DNA of 64,000 nucleotides from a virus (lineage: Duplodnaviria > Caudoviricetes). Below are positions 43,846 through 52,945 of the stretch, in pieces (within the stretch, counting starts at the first letter, position 1; every line of letters starts with the position of its first letter). The DNA lies in the IMG/VR virus record IMGVR_UViG_3300046784_000021, positions 4,794 through 68,793 of that record. One strand, 5' to 3'. Both the position numbers and the translations under genes were made by a program. A model generated the notes under the pieces. The model ran no database searches and was not told the DNA's origin. It saw nothing but the letters and a program-made list of their open reading frames with translations.

Positions 43846-44216
43846 CGCGCGAAAACCCCGGGCAGCTCCCCACCTCCGCTGCCGTCATCGCCCGTATCCG
43901 CAGCTATCGCAAGGCCCAAGGCGTCAGCGTGCAGGCCCTCGCTGACGCCATCACGGCCAACGGCTATCACTGCCTGCGCAGCACGCTCGCAAACCACGAG
44001 GGCGGGCGACACCAGACGATTCCCGTCGATCTCGTCTGCGAGGCGGCCCGCGTGCTCGGCGTTCCGGTGGCTGCGCTGCTCAGCGACACCGCATGCAGTG
44101 TCTGCGATGACAAGCCGCCTCGCGGATTCACCTGCAACGCCTGCGGTGCTGGCGGGCCAACGCCAGCAGAAGAAGAGGTCAAGGGCGGCTCGTCGCCGGG
44201 GAGGCAGCAGCCGTGA
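43842..44216 (+). CDS. XRE HTH + C-terminal CxxC/CxxC protein, copy 2
   Basis: RIRSYRKAQGVSVQALAD; CSVC...CNAC. Confidence 0.8.
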   Translation: MTRENPGQLPTSAAVIARIRSYRKAQGVSVQALADAITANGYHCLRSTLANHEGGRHQTIPVDLVCEAARVLGVPVAALLSDTACSVCDDKPPRGFTCNACGAGGPTPAEEEVKGGSSPGRQQP

Positions 44217-45079
44217 ACATCCTCGTCACCGGGTCATCCGGGTTCATCGGCGGCCGCCTATACGACCAACTTGCCGCGCACGGCCACACTCCGATCCCTA
44301 TGGACGGGCGGGCCGGAACACCCACGACCGACCTTGACTTGCTGCTCCGCACCATCGAGTACTACGACGCCGAGCTGATCGCCCACCTCGGCGCGTCCTG
44401 CTCCACCAGCCGCAGCCTCCAGGATCCGGCCTCCGACTTCCACGACAACGCGCTCGGCACGTGCAACGTCGCCGAGGCCGCCCGCCGCGCGGGGAACATC
44501 CCCGTCGTCTACACGTCAACCGTCAAGGTCTATCCCGGTGCCGATGGGAAGATCGCGCCGCTCGGCCTGTCCAAGCGCGTCGGCGAGGACTACCTGCGCC
44601 TGTACGGCGACCTGTACGGCCTGCCCTCCGTGATCCTCCGCCCGTCCACCGTGTACGGGCCCGGTCAGGATGGCTCGCCCGAAGCCGGGTGGGTGACCTG
44701 GTTCCTCTGCGCCTTCTGGGGACGCAAGCCAATCACCATCCACGGCGACGGCACCCAATCCCGCGACATCCTGCACATCAACGACTTCACCGCGCTACTC
44801 GTGGACATCGTCGAGCACCACGCCGACTACCAGCGGCCAGAGCCCTACGACGTCGGCGGCGGCCCCGACAACGAACTCAGCCTCCTCGACCTCGTCCAAG
44901 CCTGGGAACACGACACCGGCACACGACACCCCGTCACCCACGACGAGCGCCTCCCCGGCGACCTCCAGCGCGTCGTCACCGACAACACCGCCATCACCAA
45001 CGTGCGCGGCTGGACACCCACCACCAGCTGGCTCGACGGCATCCGCTCCACCCTCGCCTGGATCGGAGACCAGTGGTGA
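44213..45079 (+). CDS. NAD-dependent epimerase/dehydratase 2 (YxxxK Tyr replaced by Leu)
   Basis: ILVTGSSGFIG, LRPSTVYGPGQ, HGDGTQSRDILHIND; LGLSK at the catalytic position. Confidence 0.9.
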   Translation: MNILVTGSSGFIGGRLYDQLAAHGHTPIPMDGRAGTPTTDLDLLLRTIEYYDAELIAHLGASCSTSRSLQDPASDFHDNALGTCNVAEAARRAGNIPVVYTSTVKVYPGADGKIAPLGLSKRVGEDYLRLYGDLYGLPSVILRPSTVYGPGQDGSPEAGWVTWFLCAFWGRKPITIHGDGTQSRDILHINDFTALLVDIVEHHADYQRPEPYDVGGGPDNELSLLDLVQAWEHDTGTRHPVTHDERLPGDLQRVVTDNTAITNVRGWTPTTSWLDGIRSTLAWIGDQW

Positions 45080-45834
45080 AAGTCGGCGTCATCATCCCCG
45101 CCCGGAACGCGCGCCCGTGGATCGGCGAGATGCTCGAATCCGTCCAGGCCCAGACGCATCCCGCGCACGCCTACCTTGCCGAGGACCGCTCCGACGACGG
45201 TACGCACGAATGGCTCCGTGAGCACCCGCACCTGTGGGCCGGCATGCGGCGGAACCGCGTCCGCAAGGGCTGGGCTGGCAGCCTCAACGCGGCCGCGGCC
45301 CTCGCCCTGGCCGACGGCTGCGACGCGGTCTTCACCGCGTCCGCGGACGACCGGCTACACCCCGAGTGCATCGCCCGCTGCGCCGCCCTCCTCAACGCCG
45401 ACGGCGGCCGGGACTTCGTCGTCCCCTACGCGCAGCAGTTCGACAGCGGCGACCACGTGCAAGCATCCCTGCCGGACTGCGGCCTCGACGACCTGGTGGT
45501 GTGGCCGCCGCTGATCGACAAGGCGCTGATCCGCCGCGAGACCTGGGAGACGGTGGGCGGATACAGCCCGAAAGCCACCCTGCCCGGCACCTGGGGGACG
45601 GCCGAGGACTGGGAGTTCTGGATCCGAGTGTGGAAGGCGGGCCTGACCCGCTACGCGGTGGTGGAGAAGCCCCTCTACTTCGTCCGCGTCCACCCCGGCC
45701 AGTTGTCGCACGAACGTGGCGAGTGGCACGAGGCCACCGTGGCTCTGTTCCGCAGGCTGCACCCTGACCTGCCGTGGACCGCCGACTCCGGTCTCTGGCC
45801 GCCCCGGCACCGCACCACACGGAGGACGGCGTGA
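45076..45834 (+). CDS. Glycosyltransferase family 2 (GT-A)
   Basis: VIIPARNARPWIGEMLESV, EDRSDDGT, ADD, EDWEFWIR. Confidence 0.9.
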   Translation: MKVGVIIPARNARPWIGEMLESVQAQTHPAHAYLAEDRSDDGTHEWLREHPHLWAGMRRNRVRKGWAGSLNAAAALALADGCDAVFTASADDRLHPECIARCAALLNADGGRDFVVPYAQQFDSGDHVQASLPDCGLDDLVVWPPLIDKALIRRETWETVGGYSPKATLPGTWGTAEDWEFWIRVWKAGLTRYAVVEKPLYFVRVHPGQLSHERGEWHEATVALFRRLHPDLPWTADSGLWPPRHRTTRRTA

Positions 45835-46073
45835 CCCTGAACCCGAAGGCTCCATCGATGCGCCTGTGGCACGTGCTACTCGAACACGGCGTCGACGAGG
45901 CGACAGAGCTGATGAACGGCTACGCCCACGAACTCGCCGAGCAGATCCGCGCCACCCCGAAGCCAGACGACCCCGACGATCGCGGCGGCTTCGTGGAGCA
46001 GGGCGCGGACTGGGCCGCCGACCTCATCGACCCCAAGGCGCAGCGCGCCAGTACCGAAGGAGACACACAGTGA
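45831..46073 (+). CDS. Hypothetical protein (AHELAEQIR family)
   Basis: GYAHELAEQIRA...AADLIDP; GTGA coupled. Confidence 0.7.
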   Translation: MTLNPKAPSMRLWHVLLEHGVDEATELMNGYAHELAEQIRATPKPDDPDDRGGFVEQGADWAADLIDPKAQRASTEGDTQ

Positions 46074-46933
46074 TCGACTCCAAGCGCGTGATTGCGTGGA
46101 CACCCTACGGGCGGCGCAGGACGTACAGCATCCTCATCAAGCACCTCCAACGCGACATCGAACGCGGCCTCATCGACGAAGTCTGGGCCTACATGAACAC
46201 CGACCCCGTCGGCCAGGAAGACGACATCGCCTACGCCCACGAGCTCGCCGCCCAGTTCCCGTGGTTCCGGCTCAAGCACCGGCCCGAAGGCGTCGACCTC
46301 GGCAACCTCCCCAAGCAGCGCTGGACTGGGCTCGCCTACCGCGAGATGACCGACCCCGACGCGGTCTATCTCCGCCTCGATGACGATGTGGTGTACCTAC
46401 ACGAGAGCGCCGTTGAGAACCTGGTCCGAGCTCGCCTGCAGATGCCGGCACCCACCGCGGTGTTCCCGATCATCTTCAACAACGCGATCGTCAGCCACTT
46501 CCTCCAGCTCTGCGGGAAGGTGCCGATGGAGTGGGGTGAGGTCAAGCAGTACTGCATGGACCCGACCGGCTGGGCCAACGGGCCATTCGCGGTCAAGCTG
46601 CACGAGATGCTCCTCGACCACATCGAGCGCGGCCGTGTCGAGGATCTGTACCTGTACCAGGACTTCCCCATCCAGCCCGGCACCCAGTTCAGCGTCTCCT
46701 GCTTCGCCAGCCTCGGCAGCATGTACGCCGGCCTCGAACAGCCCGGCGTCCTCGTTCCCGACGAGGAAGAATCCTGGCACACGATCCACCGGCCGCTCGT
46801 GTCCGGCGCGCCGAACATCCTCCGCGGGAACGCCCTGGTCAGCCACTGGTCGTTCTTCCCCCAGCACCCGTTCCTCAACAACACCGATCTTCTCGACCGG
46901 TACCGGGAACTCGCAGACAAGGCGGTGGCGTGA
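46070..46933 (+). CDS. Putative GT-A fold glycosyltransferase
   Basis: WTPYGRRRTYSIL, YLRLDDDVVYL (DxD-type motif). Confidence 0.65.
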   Translation: MIDSKRVIAWTPYGRRRTYSILIKHLQRDIERGLIDEVWAYMNTDPVGQEDDIAYAHELAAQFPWFRLKHRPEGVDLGNLPKQRWTGLAYREMTDPDAVYLRLDDDVVYLHESAVENLVRARLQMPAPTAVFPIIFNNAIVSHFLQLCGKVPMEWGEVKQYCMDPTGWANGPFAVKLHEMLLDHIERGRVEDLYLYQDFPIQPGTQFSVSCFASLGSMYAGLEQPGVLVPDEEESWHTIHRPLVSGAPNILRGNALVSHWSFFPQHPFLNNTDLLDRYRELADKAVA

Positions 46934-47151
46934 TGGGTCAGCAGCTCAACACCGAGGACGCGCTGGAAGCGTTCCGCAAGCGGCATGGTGAGCTCGCCGA
47001 CGAGAACGTCCTGCTCCGCGGCTACGCGGCAGGGCTGGAGCGGCGGGTCACGGAGCTGGTCGAGGAGAACGAACGGCTGAAGGGGGCCCAGCAGCAGCCT
47101 GCCGAACCCCCTCAGCCGTTCACGGGCATGCCGCCGGACGCGCCCGTGTAG
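46933..47151 (+). CDS. Small coiled-coil protein
   Basis: Last gene of operon; heptad-like LERRVTELVEENERL. Confidence 0.65.
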   Translation: MGQQLNTEDALEAFRKRHGELADENVLLRGYAAGLERRVTELVEENERLKGAQQQPAEPPQPFTGMPPDAPV

Positions 47152-47152
47152 G

Positions 47153-47365
47153 TCACATCGGGGTTGCGGTGACGTCCATCGCGTAGCGGGTCGCAGTGAG
47201 GCTGTTGATGTCCTCTCGGCTGGACACGGCCTCCTTCACTGCGTCGACGATGGCCTGCTGGTCCACCCCGAACGCCTCCTCCTCGATTTTAACGGTGACA
47301 GTGGCGGTGCTGTCGTTGGTGGTGCGGGCCACCACCTGGATGTACGGGTAGTCGGGTGCAGCCAT
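47153..47365 (-). CDS. Small tail-module protein
   Basis: AAGGAG RBS; last gene of tail operon. Confidence 0.65.
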   Translation of the reverse strand: MAAPDYPYIQVVARTTNDSTATVTVKIEEEAFGVDQQAIVDAVKEAVSSREDINSLTATRYAMDVTATPM

Positions 47366-47377
47366 GAAGAGGTCTCC

Positions 47378-48355
47378 TTACGCTTCGCGATACCAGCCCT
47401 GGATGGTGAGGCTGGCACCTGCCTTGAGGTCGACGCCCTGGACGTTGCCTGAGCCGTCTCCGTCGGCGTCGACGACGCGGAGACGGTCGCTTGTGGCCCC
47501 GGAGCCGCCGGGAAAGAACACGGCCTCGCCGCCGCGGAGGGTCCCGGATCCGGTGCCGTTCACGCCGATCGTTTCGCCGTGCAGGACAAGGGCTTGCCGG
47601 GTGGTCCTGTCCACGCTGGAGGGCATGTCGACGGCTACGAGGCCGGAGCCGGTGCCTGCGACGTTGACGACGAGGTACACCACCACGAACACGATCTTGC
47701 CGAGTTTGTAGTAGTAGCCGGTGCGGGTCGTCCACGTCACGGATCCGCCGTTGGTGACCGTTGGCGTGTATGTCGTCCACGTCGTGGCACCCACGGTCAG
47801 GCCGCCCGTGACCGAGACGCCGCTGGAAACGCTGAGGCTTCCGGTCAGGGTGAGGGTGGATGTTCCGCTGCGGGTGAGGGTGACGTCGGTTGGCGTGGAT
47901 CCGCCCGGCCCCCAGCTGTGCGCGCCGTCTGTCTCAAGGAGGAAGCGGCTGGCGGTGTCGCCGGTGACGCGGGTGGAGATGACGTCGTCGCCGGATGCGG
48001 CGGTGAGGACGGCGAGATAGGCGTTGGATCCCGACGCGCCGAAGTTGATCTGCTTGCCGGAGGCGATCTTCAGGTTGCTGTTGAACGTCGCCGAGCTGTT
48101 GGGGATTTCCACCCAGGATGCTGAGGCGGGCGACGTGCCGTTGGAGAAGTACGTCCGGTAGGACGTGTCGGACTCCATGATCGGTTTGCCGCTGTACGGG
48201 GACGACGGCCGGGTCGTGGAGGTGCAGGCCTGGTAGCCGACGGCGAGGTCGAGCTTGTCGAGGTTCTGGCCTATGTCCTGGGTGTAGTTGACCAGCTCGG
48301 AGCCGTCCGACTTGGACTTGTACAGCGCGAGCCTGCTGGTAGACGGGTCAGGCAC
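47378..48355 (-). CDS. Minor tail / fibre protein
   Basis: Ser/Thr/Gly-rich; C-terminal WTTYTPT...GYYYKLGKIV fibre-like domain. Confidence 0.8.
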   Translation of the reverse strand: MPDPSTSRLALYKSKSDGSELVNYTQDIGQNLDKLDLAVGYQACTSTTRPSSPYSGKPIMESDTSYRTYFSNGTSPASASWVEIPNSSATFNSNLKIASGKQINFGASGSNAYLAVLTAASGDDVISTRVTGDTASRFLLETDGAHSWGPGGSTPTDVTLTRSGTSTLTLTGSLSVSSGVSVTGGLTVGATTWTTYTPTVTNGGSVTWTTRTGYYYKLGKIVFVVVYLVVNVAGTGSGLVAVDMPSSVDRTTRQALVLHGETIGVNGTGSGTLRGGEAVFFPGGSGATSDRLRVVDADGDGSGNVQGVDLKAGASLTIQGWYREA

Positions 48356-48875
48356 TGGGTGCCCCCTTCGGGTCGGGCTCGACGGGGAGGCCCCCGTACA
48401 GGTTCAGCCAGCGATGTGTGTCGACGAACTCACGTTTGATACGGACGCCTTCAGTGGTGATGCCGTGTCGGTCGCGGATGACGGCGAGGGGGTCGGACCG
48501 CGGGTTGATGACGCGAACGTGCGTGGCCTTGGCGGCGGCGATGCGGTCCAGGTGAGCGGCCCGGGCTTCGCCCGTGTTGGTGGCGGTGTAGAGAGTGACG
48601 GGCTGCGCTTCGGCCCGGGTGTTAGCGGGGCCACCGGCAACGAGTAGAGACCGCATGCCGGTGCGGGGGCGTGGATCGGGTGTGTGGGGCTCGTGGAGGA
48701 TGACGTCGAGGATTTCCGCTGGGTCGGTGAGCCCGTATTCAGCGGCACGCCATTCCAGGGTTTCCTTGGGGAAGATGTGCGTGTGTCTGTTCTTGTCGGC
48801 GTCCTCGTAGATCACCGCCCACAAGTCGCGCGCAGGGTCTTCCGTTATGTCGGTGATGGTGTATTCGATAGGCAT
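48348..48875 (-). CDS. Tail-module hypothetical protein
   Basis: Coupled between tail genes. Confidence 0.7.
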   Translation of the reverse strand: MPIEYTITDITEDPARDLWAVIYEDADKNRHTHIFPKETLEWRAAEYGLTDPAEILDVILHEPHTPDPRPRTGMRSLLVAGGPANTRAEAQPVTLYTATNTGEARAAHLDRIAAAKATHVRVINPRSDPLAVIRDRHGITTEGVRIKREFVDTHRWLNLYGGLPVEPDPKGAPSA

Positions 48876-48877
48876 TG

Positions 48878-51730
48878 TCACGTCCTGAAGCACCAGAAGT
48901 TGAGGTCCCAGTTGCCGCTTCCGGCAGGGGCGATGGTGACGCTGAATCCGCTTGCGCTTTCAGCAGAGATGCGGACCTGGTGGTCGACGTCATCAAAGAC
49001 ACTGACGACAGGCCTGAGGAATGAATCCATGGTGGGGCCGTAGGAGAGGGAGATGCCGGTCCCGCCGTTGGTTACCACGTGACCGGTGAACAGCCCCTCA
49101 TTGCTCCCTGCGGCAATGAAGTCTTTCCACTTGCCGATATGACTGGTCACGCCGCTGGCGAAGTTGAAATATTGCCCGTTGCTGCTGTCGTCGGGGTTCC
49201 AGCCGATCCTCCCAATGGAGGGGTCAGCGTAGTAGTAGCCGCCGTCGGTGCCGGAGTTGTAACCAGCGAAAAGGTTGCCGGCACCGTATTGGATGTATCC
49301 GCCGGCGAGGGCGTTGGTGTCGGCGCGCACTACGGCGAGCTGATTTACGCCAGTGCCGAGGATGAGGCGGGAGAATACGTCGACTCCGCTGGAGTCGAAT
49401 GTGCCGCTGTTGACCCCGATGATGGAATCGGTGCCGGTTCCGAAAGTATTGATGTACGAGAAGTTTGAGCCGGAGTTGGCGTAGAAGCGGATTTCCGGCA
49501 GGTACGTGGCGGTGGGGTTGATCTCCAGGCGTCTGCCGGTCGTGCCGGACACAAGCTGGCCGAGGATGGACACGGAGCCGTCCGCAGCCGCGATGTTCAC
49601 GGTCTGGGTGCCAGCCCCGTTATAGGCCTGCACGCCAGCCGAGGAGAGCTCGACCCTCGCACCGGTGTCGGCGGTCTTGATGCGAGCGCCGACGATCCAG
49701 TCCGCGGCGATGGTTCCGGCGGTGACCTTGGAGACGGTGAGATCCGAGATGTGCGCGTCGTCGATGAGGAGCGCCGTCGCCGTAGCCGCGTCGCTGGGCC
49801 CGGACTTGTTGCCGGTCTTGTCGACCGCGACGACGCGGACGTACCGCGCGCTGGTCTCCTCGACCTGGACCGTGAAGACCACGGGGATCTGCGCCTGGAT
49901 CATGCCCGCGTTCGCCGGTGCCTTCCCCTTCAGCGTCGTCGTGTCGGGGGTGAACGTCGGCTCGTAGGAGACGTGGATCTCCAAGTGGTCGAGGTCCGAC
50001 TCCAGGTTGTACGTACCACCGGAGTTCTTGCCGAGGGTGTGCGTGACCTGTACCGCGATCCGTGACCCGGCCACTGATGGGGCGGCCGGCGTGGACGGGG
50101 GGATGTTGTCGGCCGAGGCTACGAACGTGGTCGTGCCGGACCATGCCCCGGTGTTGCCTGCCTTGTCGACGGCCCGGATCTGCACGTCGTAGCCGATGCC
50201 CGGGGACAGGTCCAGGAGTTGCGCGGTGGCGTCTCCCCACGCCGCGTACACGGTCAGCCACTTGCCGGTAGGCGCGGCGAACGGCTGCTTCCACAGCTGG
50301 AGGTCTTGCCAGCGGACTTGGGAGACCTGGGACCAGGTGGCCGGGTAGATCAGGTCGGTGTCAACTGCGTAGCGGATCTCGTAGTGGTCGCCGTCGAGGA
50401 CGGTGCTGCCGTCGACGTTGAGGGGGGCGTTCCACTGGATGATGGTGCGGGCGCGAGTGAAGCCGCGGGAGTCAAGGTAGGCGGCCCCGGTGAATGGGGT
50501 GACGAACACCGGGACGCCGGGAATCGAGGTGTCGGCGTTGGGGCGGGAGCCGATCGGTTCGGTGTTGCTGTTGGTGAGCTGCCGGGAGAAGTCGCCGACG
50601 GTCACGGTGGACGTGGTGTCGGTCTCCCATTCGACATACTGGGTGAGGTCGGTCCAGACACCGTTCGCGTCCCGGTACGCGACGGTGTACTGGTCGGTGA
50701 TCGCCCACTGGGTTTCCGTGACCTGCAATTTGATCGGGTTGACTCGCAAGCCCCGGAACGTGATCTCCGTGCTGGCGTCCACCAGGCCGGAGTCCGGGTC
50801 GTACACCCACACCCGGTCGCCGACGACGAAGCTGCCGTGGACGTCGTAGTCGGCTGTTGACAGAGTCAACGCGTTCCGGGTCGACGTGAATTGCGACAGC
50901 GCCAACTGCGCCCGTACTGAGGCGTTCGCAGTCGCCGTATCCGACTCGCTGACCAACCGGGTCAGCTTCAGCGCGTGGCCGTGGATGTCCTTGTACGGAG
51001 TCGCTGGAGAGATGTCCGCCGACCCGGTCGCAATGCTGACTCCCTCGCCCTCGGCCAGCAGAACGACCCGCGTGCTGTAGTCCTCCACATCCCGGGTGAC
51101 GTCGATGCTGCCGGGCAGCGCGCGGAGCGCCATGTCCTCGCCGGCGTCCTTGGTGGTGATGACGCAGGTCGGATTCACCACGAACAGGTTGCTGTCCGGG
51201 CCGGCGTCCAATGTGCCGTTGCCGTTGACTCGCCACGACACCGGAACGCTGGTGGTGGACATGGTGTCGCACACGTAGGAGATCGCTGACCGCGGGGACT
51301 CGTATTGGTGGTGGCCGGTGTACTGGCCGGACACCGAGTAGATGGTGCCTGCGGTGACCGCGCCGGATGCGGGAAGCAGCATGTTGATGGAGGTGGCGAA
51401 GCTGGCCGACGCGGGCGCGACGGCGTTTTCGATCACATCGCCCTTGCCGTCCTCGTCGCCCAGCCAGAACGCCATACCGACGCCCCCGACGCTCACGTCG
51501 TCCTGCGGGGCGTTCGTGCGACCGTCGTCGCCGATCGTGCGGGTGCGCAGTACGCCCACGTAGCGGGCCGTGGTCAGCAGGTTGTCGCCGTACTGGGCAG
51601 GGTCGAGGCGGCCGGGGACGATCGCGACATGGCCAAAATAGTCGAGGGCGTCGAGGACGTCGCGGGGCGTGCCCGGCGCGAGTTTGAACTCCCACGAGCC
51701 GAGCGCTTTGAGGACTTCCTGAACAGCCAT
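48878..51730 (-). CDS. Large minor tail / baseplate hub protein with Fn3-like domains
   Basis: 950 aa; YDVQIRAVDKAGNTGAWS, YVRVVAVDKTGNKSGPS. Confidence 0.85.
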   Translation of the reverse strand: MAVQEVLKALGSWEFKLAPGTPRDVLDALDYFGHVAIVPGRLDPAQYGDNLLTTARYVGVLRTRTIGDDGRTNAPQDDVSVGGVGMAFWLGDEDGKGDVIENAVAPASASFATSINMLLPASGAVTAGTIYSVSGQYTGHHQYESPRSAISYVCDTMSTTSVPVSWRVNGNGTLDAGPDSNLFVVNPTCVITTKDAGEDMALRALPGSIDVTRDVEDYSTRVVLLAEGEGVSIATGSADISPATPYKDIHGHALKLTRLVSESDTATANASVRAQLALSQFTSTRNALTLSTADYDVHGSFVVGDRVWVYDPDSGLVDASTEITFRGLRVNPIKLQVTETQWAITDQYTVAYRDANGVWTDLTQYVEWETDTTSTVTVGDFSRQLTNSNTEPIGSRPNADTSIPGVPVFVTPFTGAAYLDSRGFTRARTIIQWNAPLNVDGSTVLDGDHYEIRYAVDTDLIYPATWSQVSQVRWQDLQLWKQPFAAPTGKWLTVYAAWGDATAQLLDLSPGIGYDVQIRAVDKAGNTGAWSGTTTFVASADNIPPSTPAAPSVAGSRIAVQVTHTLGKNSGGTYNLESDLDHLEIHVSYEPTFTPDTTTLKGKAPANAGMIQAQIPVVFTVQVEETSARYVRVVAVDKTGNKSGPSDAATATALLIDDAHISDLTVSKVTAGTIAADWIVGARIKTADTGARVELSSAGVQAYNGAGTQTVNIAAADGSVSILGQLVSGTTGRRLEINPTATYLPEIRFYANSGSNFSYINTFGTGTDSIIGVNSGTFDSSGVDVFSRLILGTGVNQLAVVRADTNALAGGYIQYGAGNLFAGYNSGTDGGYYYADPSIGRIGWNPDDSSNGQYFNFASGVTSHIGKWKDFIAAGSNEGLFTGHVVTNGGTGISLSYGPTMDSFLRPVVSVFDDVDHQVRISAESASGFSVTIAPAGSGNWDLNFWCFRT

Positions 51731-51736
51731 ACGCGC

Positions 51737-52945
51737 CTACCTCCGGACTCCGTAGACGGCCTCTGGCATGCATGAGATGTACATGTTCCGCAGGTCGGTC
51801 GCTGCGTCTCCGGAGACCGCGGATCCGCCGCCAGCCACGACGCCGATCCAGAAGTCCAAGGCGGTCGTGCTGGACTTGATGACGCCGCCGTTGGTGTGCG
51901 CGGTGAACGATCTCGCGGATCCGACGGCGAACCGGTTGCCGTCGGCGTCGTTGCCGGTGGCGGTGACGTACCCGGATGCCGCGAACGAGGTGTTGGTCTC
52001 CAGCGTGGAGCGGTAGGCGGCGAGGGTCGCGGCGGTGCCGGTCTGGAGGTATCCCTCAACGGTGCGGGAGCCGCGGCGGAGGGTGAGGTCGAGGGTCGCG
52101 CGCCCGGGGTTGAGGCCCTTGGTCAAGCGGACGATCGCCATTTCGGGGTCGTTGCGGAGGAGGGTTGCCCCGTCCCACGAGGTGATCGAGGAGCCCGAGC
52201 CGGCCGCGCTGACGTTCCACAGCTTGGAGTGGTAGGTGCCGCCGGTGTAAGCCTGTACGTCGAAGCTGGCCGATGCGGACGGGGTGATGTTGACGAGGCC
52301 GTTCGTGAGCGACCAGCCCGCCGCGGCGAGGGGCACGTCGACGCCGTAGACCTCCTGGCTGGCGGTGGTGGTGACGCGGACCCGGCCGGTGAGGTACGAG
52401 GTCGGCGCGCAGCCCCAGCGCGGAGAGACGTTCGCTGGCACGCTCCGGTAGACGGTGATCGTGCCATCCGCCGTCGCGCGGGTCATCGTGGAGGGGTTGG
52501 TGCTGCCGGTGTAGTAGCCGTAGTGGCCGATCGGCGGGGCGTGCCAGCGCTCGCCCGTGAGGCTGAAGTCGTTGAGGCGGACTGCTCCAGTGAGCCGGGA
52601 CTGCAGGTCGGTCTCCGGATCGGACCCGACCCGGTCCAAGCTGACCTTCCAGTCGGCGGTGACGCGCTCGTTCAGGTGCTCTGTGTACGTGGAGGCTGCG
52701 GCTTTGACGGTGTAGTAGCCGTTCCGCTCCGGCTTATCGGTGAAGGTGACCGGGATGACCTGGCCGGCGGTCAGGGCGTTGATGCCGTCGTGGCGTGCGA
52801 TGACCTGCGCCCGGGTGAGTGGCGGGTAGGACTCCTGCCCTTCAAGGTCCAAGCCACGGCCGTCGCCGCCCGACTCCGCGACCGCGAATGTCTCCCGCAG
52901 CGGGATCCGACCGAGCTGGACGTCGCCCCAGTTGTACAGCGCCAT
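51737..52945 (-). CDS. Minor tail protein (distal-tail position)
   Basis: Immediately after tape measure. Confidence 0.75.
   Translation of the reverse strand: MALYNWGDVQLGRIPLRETFAVAESGGDGRGLDLEGQESYPPLTRAQVIARHDGINALTAGQVIPVTFTDKPERNGYYTVKAAASTYTEHLNERVTADWKVSLDRVGSDPETDLQSRLTGAVRLNDFSLTGERWHAPPIGHYGYYTGSTNPSTMTRATADGTITVYRSVPANVSPRWGCAPTSYLTGRVRVTTTASQEVYGVDVPLAAAGWSLTNGLVNITPSASASFDVQAYTGGTYHSKLWNVSAAGSGSSITSWDGATLLRNDPEMAIVRLTKGLNPGRATLDLTLRRGSRTVEGYLQTGTAATLAAYRSTLETNTSFAASGYVTATGNDADGNRFAVGSARSFTAHTNGGVIKSSTTALDFWIGVVAGGGSAVSGDAATDLRNMYISCMPEAVYGVRR

Noticed and set aside
40982-46933. DNA hypermodification pathway as the definite role of the GT operon
   Set aside because: No hydroxymethylase, thymidylate-synthase-like, TET/JBP or queuosine-pathway gene in the window; kept only as one hypothesis
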